Assembly (NCBI GenBank): GCA_963674705.1
Contig: OY771506.1
Location: forward strand, 3,424,001-3,488,000
Source of the DNA: Phycisphaeraceae bacterium
Lineage (GTDB): Bacteria > Planctomycetota > Phycisphaerae > Phycisphaerales > Phycisphaeraceae
Direction: 5' to 3'
DNA length: 64,000 nucleotides
Every line of letters begins with the position of its first letter. The stretch's first letter is position 1. Shown in pieces: positions 39,271 to 48,532 of the stretch. A model generated the notes under the pieces. The model worked only from the letters and a program-made list of their open reading frames with translations, made no database searches and was not told the origin of the DNA. The translations under genes and the position numbers were made by a program.

Positions 39271-42200
39271 ATGACGACGTTTGACCGCAAACAACCGCAG
39301 CAACATACACACACACTGTTAGCCGGTGTCGTGCTCATGTTCTGCTTCCTCGCGCTTGCCGGCTGCGGTGAGAACGACGACCTCAAACTCGAACAGGCAA
39401 GAATCGCCCTGGCTAACGAAAAACCCGACCGCGCTATCCTGCTCGTGGACCAGGTGCTGGTTAACGATCCGGCCAACTTTGATGCACGGCTCATCCAGGC
39501 AAAATCACAGATCGCGTTGGATAGACTCGGACCCGCCAAGCTCACACTCGACCGCCTGCAACGCGAAAAAGCCGATGACCCGCAACTCGCCGAAGCACTG
39601 CTCGATTGGTCAACCAAGACACTTGATACGGTACTTGATAATCCCGCCTTTGCGATCACCCAAGCCGACCGCGAGACTTACGAAGAGGCGATGCAGACCG
39701 CGTCTGCCCAGCTACCGATCCTGCAAAAACTCGGCGGTTCGGAAGCGGACGTCCTGTTTATCAAGGCGCAACTGACCAACGGCGAGTTACGCCACGCCCG
39801 GATCATGATCAAGCATACGCAGCGTATGATCGATCAGTTCGGCCCCGATGCGGTAGTAGAAAGCGCTACGGCAGATGGTCAAGACAATCCCGAGCAAGAA
39901 CCCGTCACCTACGCCGATCAGCTTAAGCAATATCAAGCGGTAGAGGAAAACGCGCTTGATCGGATGCTCAGTGAACTCGAGGGCGTGCTCAAGATCAAGC
40001 CCGATCACCTTCAGGCCGCGAGTCTTTTCCTGCGCACCGCCGCACTCGAATCACGCTGGGAAAGGCTGCTGACTCAAATCAAAGCCTTCAGTGAACAGGC
40101 GGACCTGCCTGTCCCAATCGCCTCGCGCTCGGTCACCATGCTTCTGGCAATGCCGAACGAATTGATAGCACTTGATGAGCGGATCAAGCTTGGTGAAGCG
40201 GTCCTGCGGGCGACCCCTGCGGATCAAGCCGACGCCGAGGGCAGACTGATCTCAAGCGCTCACCTCCTGTTTGCTTCCAACCAGGTTGAAAAAGCGCTGC
40301 CCATCCTCGCCAAGTTGGTTGAGGGAGGTACCGAAAACGCAAACGCCTACATGCTCTATGCACAGGCACTCTACGACACCGGAGATTACGAAACCTGCCG
40401 AAAGATCGTCGAAATGATGATGCCCGAAATGGCGGGTGTCTCGGAAGTTCAACGGCTCTACGGCCTGACGCTCTGGCGGGTCGGTGAAATCACCCAGGCA
40501 AAAACCGCTCTGCGCGAAGCCTGCCGGCTCGATCCGGATAACACACTCGCCGTCGACGCCTTCACCAGCCTCATGGCGCAGCAGGGCATGCTCAGCGCAA
40601 GCGGTGAAGATGTCGAGGCCTTGTATAAACTCGATCCGGACAACCCGCGCGCCATCCTCTTCAAATTACAACACGCAGCGACCAGCGGTGATCCGCAGCA
40701 GGCCGTCGGCATGATCGACGCGCTGGAAAACAAGGCCGACCATACCGATGAAGAATTGTCCCTGCTCTACACCGCTAACACGATGCTCTCAAGGCATCAC
40801 GCCGCCGAGCAGTGGGCCAAGCGATACATCGAGCGTCATCCGGACGACCAGGAAGCCTGGATGCGCCTCGCCGCCGCACAACTGCGTCAGAACAGCGAAC
40901 TGAGACTCAACCAGACCCTCCAGGCGATCGTGGAGCGTTTCCCGGGGTTGTCTTCCAAAGCGCAACTGACCGGCGAACTCTACCTGCAGACACAGCAGTA
41001 CGAACGGGCCGCCGCCTCGCTTGGTATGGCCTTGGAAGATGACAGTGACAACATCAAACTGCGGATCGAACTCGCACGAGCCTTCGCGGCGATGGCACGG
41101 TTCAACTCCGCGATGGATGAAGTCAATAAGGTTCTCAACGTGGAGCCCGACAACATCCAGGCATTAGCCCTGGCCGCTCGCATCACCGAGACGCGCGGCG
41201 AAAAAGCCAAGGCCGACGAATATCTCAGCAGGATCGACCCGGATAATCCGGACGTCCAAAATGACCCGGCCCTGTTGGCTCAGGTTTATGTCAGTCGTGA
41301 CCAACTCGATGACGCCGAGGCCGTCTGCACCAAGGCCCTCGCCGCCGGCAACGCCTCACCCGTATTACGCCTTGTCCTTGCCGATATTTATCAGCGCAAG
41401 AATGAACCCGAGCGCGCCGAAGAGCACCTTGTCGCTTTGGTTCGCCACTACCCCAACAGCGCCGAAGTCTACGCCTGGCTCGGTCAGTTCTACGCCTCTG
41501 CCGGCAAATTCGATCAAGGGATCGAGAAGCTCAAGAGCGTCGAGGTCTACAACGAATCGCTCGCGATCCTCGCACAGGCCGGCCTGTTACGCGCCGCCAA
41601 CCGGCTCGATGATGCGATCCAGGCATTGGACGCACTGCTTGATCGGCTGATCAGCCGGCGCGACCCGATGGCCCAGACCGTCGCCGACGCCATGGCCAAG
41701 CTCTATGAACAGAAGGGCGATGAACTGGCCGCAGAAGCCGTCTATGATCGGCTCTATCGCCAGCAGGCCGCCGCCACATCCGAGCTGCTCGGTGATGTCA
41801 TCACCTCATGGGACACCGACTCCCCGGCCCAGCGCCTGACCAAACTCGACGCCGCGGCTACACGTGTGCCTTCCGACGACACGCCCGCCATGATCGAACT
41901 GAGCCGGCGCTACACCCTGCTTGGTCGGACCGAAACAGCCCTGTCCATCGTGCAGCGTGCATTAATACAGGCGCCCAATAATATCGAACTGCTCGCCGCC
42001 AAGGCAGGCATCCTCGTGATGACCGGCAAACCCGATGAAGCGCTTGACACCTATCAATTGGCGATCAAACAGGCGCCAAGCGACAAGACATTGCGCATCC
42101 GTTACGCACGCGCATTGTCCGCGAATGGCCAGCGGCCCGAAGCCGAGGACGAACTGTCGCTGCTGATCCGAGAAGGCGGTGACGCATCCCTCAAAGCGCG

Positions 42201-43806
42201 CACCGCACTGATCGAGTTATACACGCAGCTCGGTCTGCACGAACGAGCCTTGAGTGCCGTCATGGCAGTCATCGATAAACTGCCCGCCGGTCAGGATGCT
42301 TCGCTGGACCTTGCCATCGGCAATGTTCTCATGCGTAACGACCGTCATCTGGAAGCGCAAGGCCGACTCGCCGCCATTAATGATGATTCGCCTTACTACC
42401 CGTTGGCCCGTATCGCATACGCACAGAGCCAGGCAGCCAGCGGTGACATGACCGCCGCCAAGGCCGAAGTCGCCGCCATGGTGTCCGACCCCGGCTACAG
42501 CCGCAGGTCGATCCCCGTACTGCTAGCGATGGACCCTAAGGATCCAACCGACCGCACGCTGCTGATCGCTGCCGATGATGCAGTCGACACTCAGCAGTTG
42601 CCTTTCGATCTGGCGCAGCGCTGGCTTTCGACGCGACTGCGATTGGCGGACCTGACCGCGGACTGGCAACGCGCTGATGGTGCGCTGGAGCAGATCGCGC
42701 AGACCTCGCGAGACGATCAGGTCACCGCCTTGCGCATCGTGCTTAAGTACCAGCAAGCCAACACCGCCGACGCCTCGAAGCTATTGCGTCAAACGCCCAT
42801 GCTCGAAAGCTCGGCTACCGGCTCGCTGCTCAAGATCACGCTGGCAACCAGGGACCCGGGAGCAGGCCGCGTTCATCCGATGGCCGAAGTCCTGACCGCG
42901 CTGAACCGTGGCGAACCCGAAAGGCTCAAGCAGGTCATGGCTGAATACTACGGCATCCGAACGCTCTTCCTCGACGACCTGCTGACCGCATGCAAGCAGG
43001 GCGAGCAGGCTGACGAAGCACACATCCAGACGTATCGTGACCTCGCCGCTGCGACCGTCGCCATGGAAAGCAATTTGCCCGGCCTTGCCGCCGCTTTGTG
43101 CGACACGGCCCTGAAGCGCACACCCGACAGCCTGCCCGCATTCGCCATTCTCGTCGGTGCGAATATCGAAAACGATGCCGATGCCACCCAATTCATCGAA
43201 CGCGCCAGACAGCTTTCGCCCGATGGTTCGTTGCTGTTGATGATCAACCTGGTTACCAGCACCGCGAAAAAGGATCACGAAAGTGCAATCGTCGCGTTGA
43301 GGCAACTGACAACACGCAACCCGAACGATCCGTACCTGACTTATCAACTGGCTCAGGAACTCGGCGCCGCCGGTCATTATGAAGAAGCGGCAGCGATCTA
43401 CCAGCCCATCACCGAGACGGCCGGGCCTTACCAGATGGCTGCGAAAAACGACCTCGCCTATCTGCGCGCAAAGCAGGGCGGCCAACTCGATAGCGCGATC
43501 ACATTGGCGCGTGAAGTGTATGCCGCGTTGCCCGACGTACCACCCGTGCTGGATACCACCGGCTGGATCGAACACCTGCGCGGCCGCAATCAAGTTGCGC
43601 TCGAGCTGCTGGCAAAAGCAATCCCCAGCCTTTCCGACATCCCCGAAGCGCATTATCACATCGGTGCTGTCTACCACGCCCTCGGCCAGGAACGCTGGGC
43701 CGGCTACCACCTCCAGCAAGCCGCCGCCGCACCCGACGACGAACCCGGCGTCAAAGAAGCAAGAAAACTGCTCGAAGAAGTCAACCAGAACATCGCGCTG
43801 CCTTAG
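39271..43806 (+). CDS. Large TPR-repeat lipoprotein (PrsT-like), 1511 aa
   Basis: Lipobox LAGC; many TPR motifs; C-terminal NDLAY..LDTTGW..YHIG; downstream of the exosortase; AGGAG RBS. Confidence 0.85.
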   Translation: MTTFDRKQPQQHTHTLLAGVVLMFCFLALAGCGENDDLKLEQARIALANEKPDRAILLVDQVLVNDPANFDARLIQAKSQIALDRLGPAKLTLDRLQREKADDPQLAEALLDWSTKTLDTVLDNPAFAITQADRETYEEAMQTASAQLPILQKLGGSEADVLFIKAQLTNGELRHARIMIKHTQRMIDQFGPDAVVESATADGQDNPEQEPVTYADQLKQYQAVEENALDRMLSELEGVLKIKPDHLQAASLFLRTAALESRWERLLTQIKAFSEQADLPVPIASRSVTMLLAMPNELIALDERIKLGEAVLRATPADQADAEGRLISSAHLLFASNQVEKALPILAKLVEGGTENANAYMLYAQALYDTGDYETCRKIVEMMMPEMAGVSEVQRLYGLTLWRVGEITQAKTALREACRLDPDNTLAVDAFTSLMAQQGMLSASGEDVEALYKLDPDNPRAILFKLQHAATSGDPQQAVGMIDALENKADHTDEELSLLYTANTMLSRHHAAEQWAKRYIERHPDDQEAWMRLAAAQLRQNSELRLNQTLQAIVERFPGLSSKAQLTGELYLQTQQYERAAASLGMALEDDSDNIKLRIELARAFAAMARFNSAMDEVNKVLNVEPDNIQALALAARITETRGEKAKADEYLSRIDPDNPDVQNDPALLAQVYVSRDQLDDAEAVCTKALAAGNASPVLRLVLADIYQRKNEPERAEEHLVALVRHYPNSAEVYAWLGQFYASAGKFDQGIEKLKSVEVYNESLAILAQAGLLRAANRLDDAIQALDALLDRLISRRDPMAQTVADAMAKLYEQKGDELAAEAVYDRLYRQQAAATSELLGDVITSWDTDSPAQRLTKLDAAATRVPSDDTPAMIELSRRYTLLGRTETALSIVQRALIQAPNNIELLAAKAGILVMTGKPDEALDTYQLAIKQAPSDKTLRIRYARALSANGQRPEAEDELSLLIREGGDASLKARTALIELYTQLGLHERALSAVMAVIDKLPAGQDASLDLAIGNVLMRNDRHLEAQGRLAAINDDSPYYPLARIAYAQSQAASGDMTAAKAEVAAMVSDPGYSRRSIPVLLAMDPKDPTDRTLLIAADDAVDTQQLPFDLAQRWLSTRLRLADLTADWQRADGALEQIAQTSRDDQVTALRIVLKYQQANTADASKLLRQTPMLESSATGSLLKITLATRDPGAGRVHPMAEVLTALNRGEPERLKQVMAEYYGIRTLFLDDLLTACKQGEQADEAHIQTYRDLAAATVAMESNLPGLAAALCDTALKRTPDSLPAFAILVGANIENDADATQFIERARQLSPDGSLLLMINLVTSTAKKDHESAIVALRQLTTRNPNDPYLTYQLAQELGAAGHYEEAAAIYQPITETAGPYQMAAKNDLAYLRAKQGGQLDSAITLAREVYAALPDVPPVLDTTGWIEHLRGRNQVALELLAKAIPSLSDIPEAHYHIGAVYHALGQERWAGYHLQQAAAAPDDEPGVKEARKLLEEVNQNIALP

Positions 43807-43854
43807 CGCTGCGCGTTTGTATAAAAGTACAACTAACCAACCACCTATCCCACG

Positions 43855-45504
43855 CTACCTCGGATTACGCGGATTCCCCGACATTACCTCCGGCATCAAT
43901 GGCGTCGACGTGTTCTCGCTTAATTCAATCGGGATGATCAAGCTGAACGTCGCGCCCTTGCCCGGCACACTATCCAGATCGATCTGCCCTTGTAGCAGTT
44001 GCGCCAGCTCCATGCTGATGGTCAGGCCCAATCCTGTTCCGCCGTGCTCCTTGGTCACGCCAGGATCAAGCTGCACAAACTTATCAAACACTCGGTCCTG
44101 ATCCTCAATCGGGATGCCTGGGCCCGTATCCTTCACGCTGATCCGCACATGCGTCGGTTTCTTACCTTTCTTGGGCTCAACCAAGGCCGCTTCGACACTT
44201 ACCTCACCACTCGGTGGTGTGAACTTCACCGCATTGGCCAGGAAGTTAAACAGGATCTGCTGCAGCTTGCCCGCATCGGTCACCACCTTCGGTAAGTCCG
44301 GCTGCACCTTATGGCGTATCGTGATCTCTCGCTGTTCAGCAAGCGGCCGCATCAGGTTCAGTAATCCCTCAAGCGTATCGCTGATACTCACCGGCCCCGT
44401 ACGCAACTCCATCTTGCCCGCCTCGATCTTCGCCAAATCGAGCAGGTCATTGATCAGGTCCAGCAACCGCCGACTCGAAGTGATGATGTTCGCCGCGTAA
44501 CGCCGACGCTTCTCATCCTTCGGATCGTCTCTGCCCGATAGCGCTTCGCCCAGCACTTCCGCAAAACCGATGATCGAATTCAACGGCGTCCGCAATTCAT
44601 GCGACACGTTCGCCAGGAATTCGCCTTTGATCTTGTTCGCTTCGTAAAGCGCGACGTTCGACTCCGCCAACTCACCCAGCTTCAGGTCCAGGCTCTTGTT
44701 GATCGATCGCAACTGGTCTTGGTTGTTCTTCAGGTTCTCGAGCATGGTGTTGAACATGTCCGAGAGGTTTTGGAACTCGTCGCCGGTGTTGATATCCGAG
44801 CGGATATTCATGTCGCCCTCGGAAACCTTCGCCGCATAACCATGCAACAAACGAACGGGCGAGAGGATGATCCGCGTCGTGATAAACCAGAACGCGCCGA
44901 TCGCCAGCAGGCCCGAGACAAGCCCCGCCGTCACGAGATAGATCACGTTCAACGCACGCTCTTTTGGCGCATCGTCATCACGCAAATGAATCAGCAGCAC
45001 CATCTCAAGCGGGTCCGACAACGCCGATGATCCCACCGTCGGGCTGAAGCCGGCTTCCGTGCCGCCGCGTATGCTGTCCAGGTCCGACTTTCTGATCGCC
45101 CTCGCGTAACGGTAATACGTCTGGCCTTGTGCATCGATCGCCGGCTCGAACATCTCCACACTCTTGGGCCGCGTCTGGAAAAGCTGGACCGCCTTGCTGA
45201 AGAATTCGTCCGATTCCGACTGACGTTCCAACTGATCGTGATAGATGATCGAGACCGCCTTATCCACATCCGGCGGCAACCCGCCGGCGTCCTGCTGGAT
45301 CTCGTTCAACTCCCCGCCGAACCGGATCTCATCCGCCAGCCACCACTCCGCCAGGTCCTGCGCGCGTTGGAACGGCCCACGCTCCACCAGCGCCTGCATG
45401 CGCAACGCGACCACCGTCAGCGCAGCGCTTAGGATCAGCACCACCGCTGCGCCAAACATCAGTTGGCATTTGCTGGCAAGGCTGATCCGTAGGCGTAGCT
45501 GCAT
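43855..45504 (-). CDS. Membrane sensor histidine kinase (HAMP-HisKA-HATPase)
   Basis: Two TMs, HAMP, FLANVSHELRTPL, NAVKFT, DTGPGI, GGTGLGL. Confidence 0.93.
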   Translation of the reverse strand: MQLRLRISLASKCQLMFGAAVVLILSAALTVVALRMQALVERGPFQRAQDLAEWWLADEIRFGGELNEIQQDAGGLPPDVDKAVSIIYHDQLERQSESDEFFSKAVQLFQTRPKSVEMFEPAIDAQGQTYYRYARAIRKSDLDSIRGGTEAGFSPTVGSSALSDPLEMVLLIHLRDDDAPKERALNVIYLVTAGLVSGLLAIGAFWFITTRIILSPVRLLHGYAAKVSEGDMNIRSDINTGDEFQNLSDMFNTMLENLKNNQDQLRSINKSLDLKLGELAESNVALYEANKIKGEFLANVSHELRTPLNSIIGFAEVLGEALSGRDDPKDEKRRRYAANIITSSRRLLDLINDLLDLAKIEAGKMELRTGPVSISDTLEGLLNLMRPLAEQREITIRHKVQPDLPKVVTDAGKLQQILFNFLANAVKFTPPSGEVSVEAALVEPKKGKKPTHVRISVKDTGPGIPIEDQDRVFDKFVQLDPGVTKEHGGTGLGLTISMELAQLLQGQIDLDSVPGKGATFSLIIPIELSENTSTPLMPEVMSGNPRNPR

Positions 45505-45546
45505 TACGTTAGTTTAACCGCAGTTGACGAGCGACCGCTGTGAACT

Positions 45547-46158
45547 TTAGCCCGGGGGCAGATCGCCCGGATCGATGTCCGGCTGACGGCCCGTGTCGCT
45601 GCGCGTCGTCGCGGCCTTGTTCAGGCCCGGCTTGCGCGTCCCGCCGGCGCCACGCGGCATCGCGATCACACCTGTCCTCGCCAGTTCCACGATCCCGTAA
45701 GGCCTCACCAGATCGACGAATGCTTCCAGTTTGCCTTCCGTGCCGGACAGTTCGATCATCACCTGCTCTTCACTGACATCCACGACCTTCGCGCGGAAGA
45801 CGTTGGCCAGCTCGATCAGCTCATTGCGGTGATGGCGCTGTCCGGGTTCCTTCCCGCTTGTGGATACCTGCACCAGCATCAGGTCACGCTCGACAAAGTC
45901 GACCGTCGAGTAGTCCACGACCTTGACCACCGGCACGAGCTTCGCCAACTGCTTGCGGACCTGTTCGAGCATGGCCGAGTCGCCGTTGACGACGATCGTC
46001 ATGCGAGACAGTTCGGGGTTTTCGGTTCGGCCGACCACAAGCGAGTCGATATTGAATCCGCGTGCCGCGAACATGCCCGCGACTTGGGCGAGCACGCCGG
46101 GTTCATTGGTCACGAGGGCGGCGATCACGTTACGCATAATGGGGGTATCTTCACTCAT
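45547..46158 (-). CDS. ilvN: Acetolactate synthase small regulatory subunit
   Basis: NEPGVL, RGFNIDSL.VG, SRMTIV, ERDLML, ELARTG. Confidence 0.95.
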   Translation of the reverse strand: MSEDTPIMRNVIAALVTNEPGVLAQVAGMFAARGFNIDSLVVGRTENPELSRMTIVVNGDSAMLEQVRKQLAKLVPVVKVVDYSTVDFVERDLMLVQVSTSGKEPGQRHHRNELIELANVFRAKVVDVSEEQVMIELSGTEGKLEAFVDLVRPYGIVELARTGVIAMPRGAGGTRKPGLNKAATTRSDTGRQPDIDPGDLPPG

Positions 46159-46302
46159 AACCGGGCATCATATGTTCGAGCGGCCCGGACCCCAAATCGG
46201 ACGGCTTGGGATGATATTTTCTTGCTCGCCAAAGTCGTAACAATCGGCTGACAAAAGCGTTGTCGCTCTGATGTCGGGTCGAGCGATCCGCCCTGAGCGG
46301 GC

Positions 46303-46534
46303 TGTGGAAAACGTGTGGGAAAGCCTGCAACGGGTGGGGGGGCAGATTACTCACAGGTGCTTAAAAGACATGGATTCAAAGCGATTGAGTAAAATCGGCC
46401 CGAATCCCGTTTATCGTTGTTTTAGATGCAGTAACGACTTGCATAAAACAGATGGCAATATCCGAATAGTTAATGGCGTTAAGGCTCTATTTCTTGGCCC
46501 ATGCATAGGCAGCGCCTTTCCACGTTGTGGAAAA
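46303..46534. promoter_or_regulatory. Cluster of DnaA-box-like 9-mers
   Basis: TGTGGAAAA at 46303 and 46526 (TTTTCCACA on minus), TGTGGGAAA 46314, TTACTCACA 46347, CTTTCCACG 46516; relatively AT-rich spacer. Confidence 0.5.
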
Positions 46535-46578
46535 GGTGCGGGCTGATCATTAAACCATTGTTAAATATGAGCGTTAAG

Positions 46579-48309
46579 TTAGTGAATGAACCGCATGTCG
46601 CCGAAGTTCGGGATCACGCGGTACCCGTCTGTCTTCCACGCGTACGGGGCTGGGAAGTACACGAAAAACGCTCGGCCCATCATTAATTCACCCGGCACGA
46701 CACCATCTCGACTGGTGTCATTGAGGGCCTTGCCGAAGTAACGTTGACGCACCCATAACGCGTTCGGATCGTTCGGCGGCATCGGCTCCCAGTACCGACC
46801 GTCGCTGCTGAGCGGGTTGTTGTCGCCGATGCAGAAGTATTCGTTGTCATACAGCCGCATCGGGATGAAGTCTCGCAGATCGACCTCGCCCACGGCATTA
46901 CGATTGATACCGCCACGGGCTTCAGCCCCGCCTTTTTCAAGCTCCATTTCACTGGCGTAGTACAGGTCACGATCCAGTTCGACCTGGTGAAGCGTCGCCG
47001 CGCCACCACTCAGATCGATCTGAATGCGTGGTCGCTTCTGTGGCATCGGCCGATCGATCAACTGCTCAAACGTCAAATCAGAGTCGTACACATAGCGAAG
47101 CTCACGCCGGCCGTTGATCCAGACACTCAGTTCCTGATCCACAGACCAGAACTCGATTGTCGTCGCACCCGAACCGTCCAGCGGACGCGTTTTTTGCGGC
47201 TCCATCAGCTTGACCACGGTATTGGTCAGCGGATCGATCGTACTAAGCGTGATGGTCCCGTCCGGATCAACCTTCGCGATGACGGTTTGTGTCGGGCCGG
47301 TCAACCGCGTCTGCGTGGTGAATTGGATGGATGTGTCAGCGTTTTCAGATTCCAGCGACGCGGCGATGCGGATGTCCTCGATCTGGTCCGAGTACATCGT
47401 GCTGTCCAGTTGGTTGTACGCGTAAATACTGGCAAGGCTTGTGTTCCCGCCACGGTTGAAGTCGAACGCGATTGTTCCTTCGCCACCTGCAAATGCGTAG
47501 CTGCGTCGGTTCTCAAGCTCCCACTGACCCTCGGCCACGACCCACGGCACCTCCCAGCGGTGGTTGGCGTTTCGCTCGCCCGGACCCTGCAATTCTCCGT
47601 GATCCCGCGGAATGTACTGGCTGTGATAGATCGGCTGCCACACCGCTCGCTGGACCTTCGGCGAATCACCCTTACGCGCGATGTGCCAAAGCTTTTCGCC
47701 TTCCTTCTGGTAGTAAACATTCCCGTCCAGCAGGCGGATGGACTCATTCGGCAAACCGATCAACCGCTTGATGTAGTTTGTCTCCGGCTGTTGGGGGGCT
47801 TTGAACACCACCACATCCCACCTCCTGGGTTCGGAAACCTGGTAGATATACTTGTGCACCAGGATACGGTCGCCGGGCCCGTATCGGTAGAAGTTCGTCT
47901 TCGGGTTCGTCATGTCGATGTTGTAATTGCACATCGGACAGGCTACGCCGTGTTCCCAACGTGCTTTACGAACGATCTGTCCGCTGGTGTTTCGTTGAGG
48001 CGGGTGACTGTCAGCACTGAAGTTGACCTTGAATTCGTACCCGCACTGCTCGCACTCGACCGTGTAATGCGCTCCCAGCAGGGTCGGGGCCATCGATCCG
48101 GTCGGAATCACGAATGCTTCGACCACGTAGGCCCGGAACACGAACGCCAGGATGAACGCGATGATGATCGACTCGAAGGTTTCTTTGATCGTCTCATCAG
48201 CCGGTGGGGGGGGCTTGGGTTGGGATACGCTCGGTTCCGGCGAGGCCGGGGCTTCTGAGGATTCCGAAGGGTCCGGAGAGGCTGCGGAGTCGGGGTTGGT
48301 TTGCTTCAC
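46579..48309 (-). CDS. lepB: Signal peptidase I, planctomycete type with large insertions
   Basis: EAFVIPTGSMAPTL (Ser), GDRILV.K, RWDVVVFK, NYIKRLIG (Lys), GDN...S.DGR.W, GRAFFV. Start uncertain; GTG 48309 chosen. Confidence 0.9.
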   Translation of the reverse strand: MKQTNPDSAASPDPSESSEAPASPEPSVSQPKPPPPADETIKETFESIIIAFILAFVFRAYVVEAFVIPTGSMAPTLLGAHYTVECEQCGYEFKVNFSADSHPPQRNTSGQIVRKARWEHGVACPMCNYNIDMTNPKTNFYRYGPGDRILVHKYIYQVSEPRRWDVVVFKAPQQPETNYIKRLIGLPNESIRLLDGNVYYQKEGEKLWHIARKGDSPKVQRAVWQPIYHSQYIPRDHGELQGPGERNANHRWEVPWVVAEGQWELENRRSYAFAGGEGTIAFDFNRGGNTSLASIYAYNQLDSTMYSDQIEDIRIAASLESENADTSIQFTTQTRLTGPTQTVIAKVDPDGTITLSTIDPLTNTVVKLMEPQKTRPLDGSGATTIEFWSVDQELSVWINGRRELRYVYDSDLTFEQLIDRPMPQKRPRIQIDLSGGAATLHQVELDRDLYYASEMELEKGGAEARGGINRNAVGEVDLRDFIPMRLYDNEYFCIGDNNPLSSDGRYWEPMPPNDPNALWVRQRYFGKALNDTSRDGVVPGELMMGRAFFVYFPAPYAWKTDGYRVIPNFGDMRFIH

Positions 48310-48532
48310 GAGTGTGCTGGCCCTAATCTTTGTTGCATGATGCCGGTCAACCATCGTCCCGTAAGGGTTTACGACAGTGAATCGGCGGATTGTAACGGCA
48401 TCCGGGCGATGATGCCGACGTTTGCCCCCGGGAGACTCGTGGATATCCTCGGATATCCCGGAAGGCATCAAGCGATACCGGTATCATCGGCCGAGGCGGG
48501 CTCCTGAAAACACTACGAGCGGACAGTTAAAC

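Noticed and set aside
42781..43719. 312-aa minus-strand ORF
   Set aside because: Antisense shadow of the TPR gene, expected in high-GC DNA.
43855..45504. Calling the kinase PrsK
   Set aside because: It has a 2-TM HAMP architecture rather than the multi-TM/GAF layout of PrsK, is convergent to the operon, and has no prsR.
46539..46566. dif-like site (..CATTGTTAAAT)
   Set aside because: Only 8/11 match to the XerD arm and 6/11 to the XerC arm; the inner TTA is missing.
46987..48258. 423-aa plus-strand ORF
   Set aside because: Antisense shadow of lepB.
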